The notes below the pieces were generated by a model, which was given only the letters and a program-made list of their open reading frames with translations, was not told where the DNA came from and did no database searches. DNA of 62,750 nt, counting the filler, from Reclinomonas americana ATCC 50394 (Eukaryota): the NCBI GenBank assembly GCA_048213135.1. It is 4 parts of 2 records of this genome, joined end to end, with 100 filler letters (N's around TTAATTAATTAA, not from the genome) between each part and the next. Parts side by side here need not be neighbours in the genome. Positions count along the whole stretch, not along the records: positions 1 to 10,306 come from PS015058.1; positions 10,407 to 37,680 come from PS015059.1; 2 more parts are not named here. One strand, given 5' to 3'. Of this stretch, positions 1 through 12,263 are shown one piece after another (position 1 is the stretch's first letter; each line of letters opens with the position of its first letter). The position numbers were made by a program, and so were the translations under genes.

Positions 1-695
1 GTTGTTGTGTTGTTGCTTCCTGGTTGTCTTGTCTCTTGAGTTGGTGTTGAAAGTGTTTCTACTCTCGACCGGCGTCGACTGACGCATTTATCCTCGTCCA
101 CTGGCACCAAACTTGCGGCAAAAACCGGCATGTTCGAAGCGTGTCGAATTGCAGTGAAAATGCAGGGAGTCTCTCACCAGGTGGGCTGCGCGATGTCTAT
201 GTAGCTACTCTGACCTTCCGCAAACACTGCGAAGCGAGGGCTGCACAGCGAGTTTGGCGACGGAGACCGGATATGACGGCAACTATTTTTGGCAACATGT
301 ACGAAATGAAAGGTCTGGGCTTGCTTCGAGCTGGCTGCGGGTCCGGACCGCGCCAATGGTGTACACCTGCAGGTGCAGATGCAGTCAGCCTGTGCAGTGA
401 ATCGCGTGGACGACAAGGCCAGCGCCATTTGTTGTCGACGTCATGATCGGTTCGAATATGCACAATTGCAGCACTTGCATGCATTCTGTGCCATCTTTCC
501 GGAGAAGACTACGAAAGGGGGTTTCTTCCATGGGTTGCAAGTGCACGTGCTTGCAGCGAAGTGCACTTGTCCAAAAACCGATGTCAGGATTTTTTTTTTG
601 GCGAGCGCAATTGTTACTCGCCCGTGTCACACAACGAAAAAGTCGGCGCGAGCGAGTGAGCAAGCGAGTGAGAGTGAGAGGTAGAGAGTAAGCTC

Positions 696-2108
696 ATGGA
701 AGCACATAGACTCGCACAGCTCTCTGTGGCCTCGTTCACCGACGATGAGCTGGCGGCACTCATGATGTCGCCCACTGGCGCCGACGACAGCTCCTCCACC
801 TTCTACACCAACACCACCACCACCATTACAGTCTCTGAGCCTGCGGCCTCATCTGTGCCCGCGAGTATCCCGCTCAGTGAGAAGCACAGTGCGGCGAGTG
901 CACGACCACCGACTGCCGTCGTGCAACATGACATTGTGGCACGACTGGAGACACTGAGGCTGGCTCTCGATGAGCAGTACGCCGAGGTGCCAAATCAAGA
1001 GGTGAGTAGTGACAGAGAGAGTGCGAGAGAACAGGATGAGATGAGCGCGCGAATATGGCATTTCTCACTTTGTGTCTGCTCTCTCGCCACGCTGTCGCTA
1101 TTCCCCCGTGTGTACACACTTTTTCACTCTCGCGCTCACACACTGTCACTCAGAGCCACGCGCGCTCATGATTACAATCAGTGACTGATGCACTTACTTG
1201 TCTCTCTTCATCACGCGCGCAGCTCATGGCGGATACACTGCGCAACTTGAACTCCACTCTTCTCCTGTGTGTGATTGATGGACGCAGCAGTCGGTGGTCT
1301 CCTATACAGCGACAAGAAGTGCACTGTGTGGGTGAGTGCGTGTGTGCTGGCTTGTCAGCAAGTCTGTGTCATGACTCAGCTGGGAGGGAACACAGATCGT
1401 CTGCTGGGGAGACTGGAGGCGGCGTGTGAGTTCTTTGTGAGCACACTGGGCGAGCCGCACATGTACCGCGTGCTGAATCGCGGTCATGAGACCAGCATGG
1501 TACGCTGCTCATTGTTGTGTTGTCACACGCGGGCGGTCAGTGGTGTGACTTTGCACGGCCACGCAGATTGGCGCGTGTGAGCGCATTCGTCGCTTCTCGT
1601 TGCCGTGTTTGGAGGCTGGAGTACGTGTCAATGACGAGATCATGGCGCAAACGGTGCAGCACTTGTCGCCAGAGACGCTGCGGTGGTGGCATGCGGCGGT
1701 GCACGATTATGAGCCGGCGAATGGGCTGCCGTACCCGTTGGAGTTGCCGTGGGATGATTTCGCGGCGGGTGTGCGGCAGCTGTTGAGCGTCGATGCGGAG
1801 AGTCGGGAGCAGCTGCAACGATTCAACATCACGCTGGACACGCTGACGCACGAGCATCTCATTGTTCTCAAGCTGTTGCGCTCGATTCACGGACTGTGCG
1901 TTTGTGCGCTTTTCTGCTCACTTGGTGTCGCTGTCCGCAGTATTCTTGACGTGACCGACAGCTGCACGCTTGACGTGTTCACGTTGGACAAGTGGATCGG
2001 CAGTGGCAACCTGCCGACGCGCTTCGGTCATGCTGTGGCCGAGTCGTACGGCAAGGGTTTGTCTCTCTCTGTTGTGGCGCTGGCAATAATCCTCCTTGTC
2101 CAATTTCT

Positions 2109-2139
<31 letters not shown>

Positions 2140-5100
2140 ATGATCCTCTCCACTTCCTCTCTCTGTCACATTCTGCCTTTACTCTCTGTGAGATGGTGAG
2201 AGTTGTCCATGTCCTTGTCTTGCCAGTCGAGCGAGCAAGTGTCCTGTCTCGTTCTACGCTTCCTCTCCACGCCCCCTTCTTCTGCTGTGTGCATATTACG
2301 CCGCAAAGATCTGCCTGCCCGAGCGAGTCGGTGTGTCGCACTCTTGGTGAGATCTGACGCGAGTGGCGAAACGCTCTCCTTGTCCTTGTCTCGCCAGTGG
2401 AGCCAGCACGTGTCCTCTCGCGGTGTACGCTTCCTCTACATATCCCCACTTCTTCTCTACTACGCATATCGCACTTCAGAGATCTGCCTGCCCGAGCGAG
2501 TCGGTGTGTCGCACTCATTGTATGATCGTACTTAAGTTTCGACAGCTGTCCTTGTCCTGCTCTCGCCAGTCGAGCCAGCGCGAGTCTCCTCGCGTTCTAC
2601 ACTTCCGCTCGTCTCCCGCCTTTTCTTCTCTACCACAGAGATCTACCTGTGTGATCAAGTCAGTGTGTCGCACTCTCTCCACCTCTTCCTTCGTACTCTG
2701 CCTCCCTTTCCCTTTCCCCCTTTTCCCGCTCTCTCGCTGATTCCCCCCTTGCTCGTACCACCAACAGAGGACCCTGTCAGCAAGCGCGCTCTCCACGTGC
2801 TCATGTCGCAATCACTCCGTCGCCAGTTTGACGCACTATACGGTAGGCATTTCATGTTTGCTGTCCCTTTTCCGAGAATATCCGTGACCCTCATCCCCCG
2901 TGGGGCGCAGATCAACAATCACAGCTGTACAACGAAATGGTGGCCATGCAACTGAATGGAGCCACCTTTGGTGTGGAGCCATACCAAATGCACAGTTCGT
3001 GGGAGGCGCGAGAGACCAAGCGGCGGGCGGCCATTCGGCGACTGGCGGAACTGCAGGATTCATTGGTCCGCCTTCTTTCCTCCTCATCGCCGTGCGCTAT
3101 CCTGCATCGCCTAATTCGTGCGCTGCAGAGCATAACGTCGGACTTGCGTGTAGACATGACGGGAGAGCAGTACTTTGGCGAAATGTTTGACACGATTGCC
3201 TCGGAGAGTTTCTTCCGAGGTATGCCGCGCTCCGACTGCGTATCGTGTCCCCCCGCGTGTCTCACAATCGAGGCAGAGAGATTCTGTGGCCTGCTCGTCC
3301 CACGATCGGCGCTGGAGCCGCCTACCGTCGAACAACCACTCACCGAATCTCAATTCAACGAATACCTCGTGGCTCCACGACCCCGCTCCGCCAGCACACG
3401 CGCGGTCTCGCCCGCCATGTTTCGTCTCATGACAATTGCCTCTTTTCTTTCCCTACTCGCACTCAAGCACACGCGCACTATTGCAGCAACGCGTCGGAGG
3501 GCCGTGATGCCTTCCAGCAGATCCCCGGCCATTTTTGCATCTTTACGCACCGCCTCGGCTTCGTGGGAGTCATCCCGGAGACAGGCGAGCTGTACAAGCT
3601 GATGATTCCCTTTAGCAATGTGCTGGAAGTCATCACATGCGACAGCATGGAGGGCGACAATGTGCACATCTTCCAGGGCGTACTGGTCAGCGAGATCCGC
3701 CGCGATCCGACCACTGGCGAGGAGACGATCTTGCCGGTACGATTTCTTCGCCTCTGCTACTCTCTCTCTCTCACACACACAAATACTCACTCGCCTCCAC
3801 ATCCCAGCACGTGTTCTCCAACATTCTGCTGCGCGAGGAAATCGTGGCCGACATTGGCAAGTTGTGGGTGCCACCAGCCGTGCAGACGCCGCGCGTCCTG
3901 CCGGTCGGCGATGTGCCATTGTTGTGGTCCGACTCGATCTTCTTTGGGTTGATGAAGCGCAACAAGTCGAAGCAGTACCAGCGGCGGCTCTTTGTGTTTG
4001 ATCTCGGCCCACCACGCGCCGGCCAGCTGCGATACATGACCAACTATGGGCCGTCGGGCAAGATGCGACGCCGGTTCCCGCTGCAGTCGATCACCTCGTG
4101 CAACAGAATCGATGGCAGCCCCACCGGCCTGGTGGTCACCTTTGACCCCGCGGTGTACCATGGACCGTGCGTACAATCTCACTTGCTTCTCTGTGGAGCA
4201 GCTCAACTCACGTATTATGTTGTGGTAGATATGAGTTGTATTTCGAGACGTCCGAGGAGCGGCATCTCGCCGAGGTCACGATGCTGCGCATCATGGCCAG
4301 CCCTTCGGAGGCGCAGTTCAGCGACGTAATGATGGTGTGTTATTGATTTGGTGCGACATTGCTGTGCCGTCTCTGGTGGCGCTGACTCGAGGTTGATGCA
4401 GTCGTCCATCGATGTCCTGTTCAGTGGCAAGGTGGACCTGAAGGGCGCTCTCTTCTGGAGTGAGCGTCACATTATTCTCTACCCGCACATGCTGTTGGTG
4501 TTCGACAAAACGGGCGAGAAGCCAGAGCGCGCACTCTACTTGCATCACATGACGCCGACTGTGGAGTCGGATCGTCGTCTGATTCTCCGCGTGGACCTGG
4601 GAAGCTCGGTGGAGAAGACACAATTCCGCTTTGCTTCGCGGGTGTGTCTCGTCTCTCATTTGTCCGTTCTTCATGTGAACCGATCGCTGATTGTTGCGCT
4701 GCAGGCGGAGAGGGATGACTTTCATCGAGAGCTGCTGCGCTCAAAAGACCGGCCAGTGGGATTCCCGATACTACCGGGCTTGGGAGCTGGCGATCAGGTC
4801 CGACGCGTACAATGCAGCAACTTGCTCGGCACCGATGCCATGTCAATCCTGGCGCCCTCCATGATGGTCACCATCCCACAAGTTGTCCTCTCGCTCGAGG
4901 ATTCAGACGACACGGCGCGCGTAGTTTCCTCGTCGTCGTCATCGTTGCGTACCTGCCGCTTTCCCCAATCCCTCTGTTGCATTCTCACTCACACTCTTGT
5001 TTCCACGTGAGCAGTCAGCACCTGGACGACGATTTCGTGACGGGACTGATTGCGAGTGTGCACTCGCGCATCTCGTCTCGGGATCCCACACCGCCCGTAT

Positions 5101-6182
5101 CGCCACGATTGTCACTAGCCAGTCTTGACACGCTGCTGTTCGAATCCGAGCGTGACGCGCTTGCGGCTCCCGTGCCACTCACGCGATCACGGAGTAACTC
5201 ATACCACGATGTACAGGTGCGGCATATTGCGCATGAATATGTCTTCATGCAGAGGCCGTCTGTGTGTCTCACCCCTTCCCGTGATACAGACTGTGGAGCA
5301 GCGATTGGTGTTGTTGGAGCGTGGCTTGTATGTTCTGAGCCACTCTGCGCACGGCAGTCCGCAGCGTCGGTTTGTGGCCTTGTCGGCAACTCACCGGCAG
5401 CTGCTGGCCGTGGACACGGAAGAGGACCTGGCGCGGTTGCGAGGTGGCGAGTCAGCAGCCGCCGTGCCACTAGCATCGGTGTTGCAGCTTGCACCGTCCA
5501 CGCAATTACTCGTGGGGTCGCCGGCGTATGTGGCCGTGCATAATCAGCAGCCGAAAGGTGGGAAAGAGGGAGGGAGATGGAGGGAGCAGGCGAAGAGGGA
5601 GAAAGAAAGAAAGAGAGACGGATAGGGGGAGCGATAGTGTAAGTAAATTAGTGGCGCGGAAGTGAGGCACAGAGATAGTGGAAGTGAGCGAGAGGGAGTG
5701 AGCGAGTGACAGTGTGAGCAAGGAGTGGATGGGCTGAGAGGAAGCGAATGAGTGAGCTGAGAGGGAGTGAGTGAAAGTATGATAAGTTAGTGGCGAGGAG
5801 TGAAAGAGGAAGCGAATGAGTGAGTGTTTGAGACTGAGCGAGTGAGGTGAGAGAGTGAATGCGCGAAGATAGAGCGATCAAGCGGAAAGGAAGCGCACGA
5901 GTGAGTGATAGATTTAGGTGAGGGAGTTAATGAGTGGAGACAGGAGAGAGAAAAAGAGTGAAGTGTGTGTTTGCGAGAGAGTGTTTTGAGAAGAGAAACT
6001 CTGTGTACGCGAGGTCTCGTCGCTCACTTGTCTCTGTTTCGTGTGCAGGCTCACGAGCTAAAACTCTGTTGGCGCTCATCGAGAGTCCACCCGGCACCGC
6101 CTTGTACCTTGAGTTCCTCGACGACCACAAGTTTGAGACGTGGGTGGCGTGCCTTCGCCATGTGCTCGCAGACGACCTGTGA
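696..6182 (+). CDS. Multi-exon protein with a GRAM domain and about three PH domains; N-terminal region unassigned
   Basis: Several checked GT-AG junctions join in consistent phase (e.g. ESYGK/EDPVSKRALH...ALY/DQQSQLYNEMVAM). GRAM-like segment IPGHFCIFTHRLGFVG...KLMIPFSNVLEV...HVFSNILLREEIVADIGKLW. PH-like segments LMKRNKSKQYQRRLFVFD...YELYFETSEER, FSGKVDLKGALFWSERHIILYPHMLLVFD...FRFASR/AERDDFHRELLRS, and ERGLYVLSHS...RRFVALS...LYLEFLDDHKFETWVACLRHVL*. Not every junction was resolved. Confidence 0.75.
2205..2680. repeat. Three degenerate ~170 bp tandem repeats inside an intron
   Basis: Motifs gtccttgtc...gccagtcgagc...agatctgcctgcccgagcgagtcggtgtgtcgcactc recur near 2210, 2380 and 2550, the third being more diverged. 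Confidence 0.8.
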
Positions 6183-6288
6183 TGCACTCAAAGTAGATAT
6201 TGTAGTACAGCAATGACGAGGTGAAAAAAAAAAGGAAGAGAACACGACAGTAGGGAGTAAATAATGTGTCGCAGTGTACGATGTGGTC

Positions 6289-9200
6289 TCAAGTGAGGGC
6301 TTTCAGGCCCGACTTTAGCACGGATGCCGGCGGTAAATGGCGACCGGTGGTGTCCAGTCGCGGATCGCGATGTGCGAAAAAGGCGGGTGGTGCTCCGGCC
6401 GCAATCGATCCTTTCCTCGCCTCGGTGGGTGCCGCCGCTGGCGCTGTGGCTGCTCCCGGCACCGCGGCAGGTGGTGCAGCCGGCTGCTTCTTGGGGTCGG
6501 CAATGGAACCGCGTCGCAGCTCGCCAGTTCCACCAGACATTTTGCTAATGCGCAAGCACGTGTCAGATTGTCGAGTCACACTGGGAGGCAGAGAAAGAAA
6601 ACACTTACCGAGCATGGTGGGGTGACGACGGCAGTTGTGATGGAATGTGATAGCGCTGGTAGGTGGACGAGTGCACACCCTCGAAAACGTCCTCCAAAAA
6701 CTGCAGCTCGTTAGTGTACTCGTCGGGGAGCGCACCCGGATCATCGTCTCCGTCACTCAGAGCCGCGTTGTCTGTGCATGCGAATACAAGACTATGAGCA
6801 CAGGCACAGCACAGATCACAAGCGTGCGCCGAGTGCAAGACACACCTTCCATGTGATCGGGATCGAAAGTGTCCAAGTACAGAAACTCGCGCTCCATGCT
6901 GTACTTCTTGTTGGGCTTGACAAACGGTGCGTCTGCCGAGTGCTCCAGCTGCACTCCAGCTCGCGGCCCTTCGCGCGACGTCGGGGTGCTCACCGGAACC
7001 ATGTGGCCGATCGAGCCCCTGTATACACAGGCGTGATGAGGAAGAGAAGAGAGAAAAGATAACTGTCGATGAGTGAACGCACCGACGTCCGTCAGCCACA
7101 CTCAAGCGGCGCAATCCGGACAAGGGTCTCGAGAGCCCACTTGCGAGATCGCTTTGGGCCTTTGGACTCCTGCGACTGTTGTGTGAGCACAGTATTGCCA
7201 CCAAAACGCGATCACGCATCGCACAAACCTGGAGGGAGTCGGCAAGTCACCGTCATCGCGATACGACAGCGGGCGCTGTTGCTGACTGGCGCCGTCGGCA
7301 GAATCAGAGTCGCTGTCAGTGTCGCTGCTTTCGGCTCGCGCACTCGGCGATGTTGGCACGCCGGCGCGTGGCCTGTCATCCCCAAACAGATACCCTTTCC
7401 GCTCGCTCAACGGCACCGACGAGTTGCTGTCGAACGAGGCCGTGACGGTGATGGAGGTGCGACCACCGGGGCTTCGCAGAGCCTCCCCACCGGCACTGGC
7501 CATCATCAGCGTCGCAGCAGGCAACGATGGGCTCTGAGTGGAAGCAGGAGTTCCCAATGCTGCTGTTGCAGTTCTGCCAGGCAGGCTTTCTGTGGAGCCA
7601 CGCACGGAACCGGCAGTGAGGTTCGCACTGTCCGGGCGTCGTTTCATCGAACCCGGCATGGCCAAGTTGTACACGGTGCGCCACTCCAGTTGGAGGCGGG
7701 CACTGCACTTAGAGGTGTCCTTGACTGTGAAGCCCACACTGTGGTGAATGGCAGCCTTCTCCTCGTCCGTCAGCTTCGCCACTGCCTGTTTGTATCGACG
7801 CATCAACGACGGCGCCGAGGTCGGTCGTGAACCCGATGGCTGCTTGGGCTCCGCTGACAGCTCACGCTGCTGCTGCGCAGCATCCTGCGTGCCGGCCTCT
7901 GCACAATTGCCAATGAGTATACATACGAATACACACAGCTACCAAACGCATTGTCCGACTTACCGCTCTCCACGCCATCGATAGACACGGTGGGCACAAC
8001 AAAACGAACACGCGAAGACGACGAGACTGCCGATTGGGGTCGACTGCGGCGCCGTGATGAACTCAGCAGCTCGTTCAGCTGAATCGGTGGCGGTAAAAGC
8101 GCAGCGGGATTCGCATCCGCGCTAGCCGAAGGCTTTTCTTGCCGACCACTGTTGCCACCGGCGGCGGCGGCGGCGGCACGAGTCGAGGCTAGAACGGCCG
8201 CAAACTCGTCAATCCATGCCGGCTGCTGCGTTGCATTACTCGTACCGACAGTGCTGGGGGCGGTGGTGGTGGTGGTGGTGGAGTCGGCGGCCACGTCGGG
8301 CAGTGACTCGGCATACTCGCTCGCTGCTCGCTCCCACGCCTCCATGATGGTGGCGTGCGGCGTGGCCAAGTCGGAGTCGAGATTGTCCGTCTCCTGCATG
8401 TCGTCGCGCGCCGACAGCGGCAGTTCTGACAGCGAAGTGCGATGCATGCTCACGGCGCCAATCGGTTGACTGACTGCCGAGGGCGCAGTCGACGACGCGT
8501 CGTCAATGCTGGCGCCTGCGTATATAGATTCACTCGTGAACAAACAGGCGACGAAATGAGAGAAGCGTACTCGCGGGGAACGCAACTGGCACGCGGCACA
8601 ACGCCACTCTGCAACATCATGTCCAAGTTCTGCAGCAGCTCGCTGCGCGCGGACGTTGGTCTGCTGCGAAGCAGGCGGTCGAACATGGACAGCCGTTCGG
8701 CCTCCTCTGCGGCATTCTGCGCTTGCCTAGGCGACTCGTTCTCCTTCTTGTCTTTCGACACGCGAATACGAGCGAATGCAGAGGCGGGGCGGGCGCTGCG
8801 CAATTGAGAGAGTGAATAACAGCATCTCTCGTCAATTGCCGTGCTACTAACAACACACCCTCCGCCGCCACTCTGCATTGGTCGAAACGCCGAAAGCGGC
8901 CGCGAGGAGACTGACGGTGGCGGTGATTGCGAGTTTCGCGGCGAGCTGTCCGACAGGATGCCGTCGTCTGGTGACGACGATGCCCTGTGTGCCTCGCGTG
9001 CTGACGATGGCTGCATGTTGTTATGGTGAGGAGATCACGCTGCGAAGGAAGAATCGCTGGCGACATCATTCGACCACGCAACTGGATGACGTGCAAGGGC
9101 CGCCGGCCGCAGCAGCGCAGTAATGTCGGGCGGAGGATGGCCCGCTGCGCCCACTGGTGGTGGTGAGCGCGGCGGGGACAGTTGCTGTGGCGAAGGCGGA

Positions 9201-10170
9201 GACTTGACGCGCGCTGCAAATGCCGCCGCCAGCGTCTGCTCGTCCATGTGCGCAATATCCGCGGCCTCAATACCGGCGCTGTGTGTATGTGTGTGTGATT
9301 CGGCGTGAGAGCGTGTCAACTAATGCCAAGGGAATGGGAGAGACAAACAACCCCGCACCGTGACAGCACAATGCTCTCTGTGAGGCGACGATCATTGGCA
9401 AACGAACCGCGACGACCACTTCCACGACTGCGACGCAAAATGTAAGCAGCGGTTGAGAAGCAAAGGGGTGATCAAAGGCAGATGACGAAACCCGGCAAAC
9501 ATGCGACCGAGAGTCTCCGACAGCATAGAGTACTGATCGTTCTTGGGAGCCACGGTGCGCACCTGCTCGCGTCCTCGCTTGGCGCTCTCTGCGAGAGCGT
9601 GTGAGTTTTCAGGGAAGCCGTGGGGATTTGTAAGGTGGCACGCAACTGGACGGTGGTGCGCTTCGCAGCTCAAGAAAGGGGATTTTCGGCACAATGACGC
9701 CGCCGACGCGCTTTAGAATCTTGTCGGTAGCCGACTCTTGTCGCAGAGTGGCGGCGCGTGTCGATCGTCGCTTCCGAGTGTCGTCATCGAATGGAGCCGC
9801 CATGTCGGCGAGAGCCAGACGAGGGACGGTGGAGGCCGAGGGAGCGGATTGTGGTCTCGAACGGGGCGAGAGCGACGGCGTCCGTGTCAGTGGACGATCG
9901 ATGGTGGCCACGGCCACGCGTACGGGAGTGGGTGCTCGCGCCGGAACTGGTGGCTGGCCGAGACGATCGGCAGCCATGCGCGCACTCACCGGCTGCGGCA
10001 TGCCTGCAGGAGGGTGCAGGGTGCCGACAGGAGACGGTAATGCAGACCCTCCGCGGCCGGGTGACTGCGACGGTGGCGGGGGTGGCGATGGTGACAGGTC
10101 CAACTGAAACAGAGCCGCCGGGTCGCCACGACTGCTGGGCAGTGGTGGTCGTGATTCTGCAGGCGACGGC
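6289..10170 (-). CDS. Multi-exon S/P/A/R-rich hypothetical protein; 5' end probably lost at the linker gap
   Basis: A chain of minus-strand ORFs with protein-like segments separated by intron-like stretches (RQESATDKILKRVGGVIVPKIPFLEL, AEEAERLSMFDRLLRS, RRYKQAVAKLTDEEKAAIHHSVGF, KKYSMEREFLYLDTFDPDHMEG, EYTNELQFLEDVFEG, ...KSGLKALT*). No domain recognised. Confidence 0.6.
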
Positions 10171-10306
10171 GGAAACAAGGATAAGCGGAGAGAGGGAGAG
10201 GGAGAGGGAGAGAGAGAGAGAGAGAAGAGAGACAGAGACTGAGAGAGACAGAGACTGTGAGAGACTGAGAGACTGAGAGAGACTGAAAGACTGAGAGAGA
10301 CAAAGA

Positions 10307-10406
10307 NNNNNNNNNNNNNNNNNNNNNNNNNNNNNNNNNNNNNNNNNNNNTTAATTAATTAANNNNNNNNNNNNNNNNNNNNNNNNNNNNNNNNNNNNNN
10401 NNNNNN
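10307..10406. other. Artificial scaffold linker N44-TTAATTAATTAA-N44
   Basis: Exactly 100 nt with a 12-mer that has stop codons in all six frames; identical to two other linkers in the window. Confidence 0.97.
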
Positions 10407-11393
10407 AGAGAGAGAGAGATTCAGCAAGGGACAGAAAGGGACGAACGGAATTACATGCATCCTGCAGAGCTGGGATGAAAATGTCCGCGGCGTGCATGCA
10501 CAATGGGAAGCAGAGTGGTGTGCAAAACAAGACGCGTCGAAACAAATATCGGTGATTCGCTCTCCTGAGGCACATACATGAAAGATGCACGCACAACAGA
10601 CACCACAAAGAGACAGAACAGACTCCCAGGTGATTCATCGAGCTTGCACACAAAATGGAGGTGAGAAAGAGGCAAGCATGCAGAGGGAGACGTGCTTCAC
10701 TACCGCACACTGTCATTCACATGACAGGGCAACAAACACGGGAGAAGAATTCACCACCATCAACAACGACCTCACTCTCCTCCTCTGTCATCCTCTCTTC
10801 CCCACCTGCATCCCGCGTAATCACCTACTCTCCCTCGCAAGACACGAAAAACGACTCACAATCACCAGCAGCCACCGCTCTCCCTCCCTCCGACTCACCA
10901 ACTCAGCACCGGAAAAGGACGACCTCGGCATCCTCGACGATGAAACAGCGCAGAACCAGCTCGGGAAGACACCGCGAATCTTCTCTCTCCTGCATCTCCT
11001 GCACAGCATGCATGGCCGAGCGCGCGGCGTCGAGTTCGAGGCGAGCAAGGCCACGCGGCGTCGACCACACTCGTATCGTCTTGTCTTGGCCACCCGCGCT
11101 CACAATGTGGAGACCATCCGGAGAGACGGCCACAAACGACACCCATCCAGTGTGACCATTCAACCGTCGTACTTCCTCGCCACTCGCCAGAGACCACACC
11201 CGCACGGTGCTGTCTCCGCTCCCACTAATGATGTGCTGGCCATCGGGAGTAACAGCGACAGACGACACCCATGCAGTGTGTCCCTCCAGTCGGCGAACCT
11301 CTTCTCCACTTGCCAGTGACCACACTCTCACCGTGCTGTCCCCGCTCCCACTCATTAGTTTTGACCCGACGGTGAATGTGACAGGATGCAGCT

Positions 11394-11440
11394 CCTTGAC
11401 CCTTAACCCTTAACCCGGGGGCCCCTACCCTTGACCCTTG
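11394..11440. repeat. Telomere-like heptamer tract (CCCTT[A/G]A)n with a central GC-rich interruption
   Basis: CCTTGAC CCTTAAC CCTTAAC CCGGGGG CCCCTAC CCTTGAC CCTTG: 7-nt periodicity is maintained throughout. Confidence 0.7.
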
Positions 11441-11832
11441 TGGTATAGCCGAGCTGCTTCCGGTGCCAGTTGATGGCCTGCAAGTCCTTGTGGATTGAGT
11501 AGTACTTGATGTGGTTCCGGGCGCGGTACTTGACGTACACGGCCACGCATCGATCGATGTGTGCGTCGTCCCAACACGTGTCCACTGCAGCCTGATGCAA
11601 TGCAGGGTCGCGATCTGGGATGGACTCTGCAGAGGAGCGTGCGTCAGCACGGTGCAGCGTAGTGTGTGCAAGAGCAGTTCGTCTCACCAATGCAGCACGC
11701 ATGCTCTCGCAAGAACGCTGTAAACTGTTGCACGATGTAGCGGTAGTCTGACACGGTCTTCGGAGCAAGGTTGCCCACAGCACCAGCCTCCACAATCTCG
11801 TGATCCAGGTCGCGGAACAGCTCGCTCTCCAT
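11403..11832 (-). CDS. Truncated tyrosine recombinase, N-terminal SAM-like/core-binding domain only (122 aa, one intron 11687-11627)
   Basis: Exon 11832-11688 and exon 11626-11403 join in phase across GTGAGA...gctgac...ctctgcAG. Motifs NLAPKTVSDYRYIVQQFTAFLREH and VAVYVKYRARNHIKYYSIHKDLQAINWHRKQLGY match the helical pattern of Cre/integrase N-terminal domains. No catalytic R-H-R-Y region is present. Confidence 0.65.
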
Positions 11833-12226
11833 CGTGCGTCAAAAAGGAACTGCGGAGCGAATGGAAGCACGGTCAGTTGATGCTCTTTCGGAGCTGGCGT
11901 GCGCCGTGGCGCACGCCAATAGAAGAGCGTGCAGCCACAGTTCACTGTGCGCGCGCACACACATTCCTTCCATATACACACTAGTATCTACACAGTTCTA
12001 CCTAACATTACTAGATACAATGTGCTGGCCGTCGGGAGTGATGTCGACAGACCACACCTTGTCAGTGTGTCCTTCCAACCGTCGCACTTCTTCGCCACTC
12101 GCCAGTGACCACACACGTACCGACCCGTCGAAGCCGCCGCTCACGATGCGCTGACCGTCGGGAGTGACGGCGACAGAGAGCACCGCCTGCGTGTGACCCC
12201 GCAAGATCTGTGTCGACCATGGGTAC

Positions 12227-12263
<37 letters not shown>

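Larger units (their letters stand above)
11355..12017 (-). mobile_element. 663 bp insertion, probably a non-autonomous tyrosine-recombinase (Crypton-like) element fragment
   Basis: Cleanly interrupts cccactca|caatgtgctgg with no target-site duplication (1 nt junction ambiguity). It is absent from the paralogous copies and carries a spliced YR core-binding-domain ORF. Short inverted repeat gtatcta (11984-11990) / tagatac (12012-12018) at one end. Confidence 0.75.

Noticed and set aside
10351-10362. TTAATTAATTAA palindromic motif as a piggyBac-type target or regulatory site
   Set aside because: It is centred in exactly 100 nt of N three times, so it is an assembly linker.
11355-12017. Insertion as an intron or a Helitron
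   Set aside because: The available GT...AG pair would frameshift the WD40 gene. The TC...CTRR-like ends do not restore an A|T target consistent with the paralogous sequence, and there is no convincing 3' hairpin.
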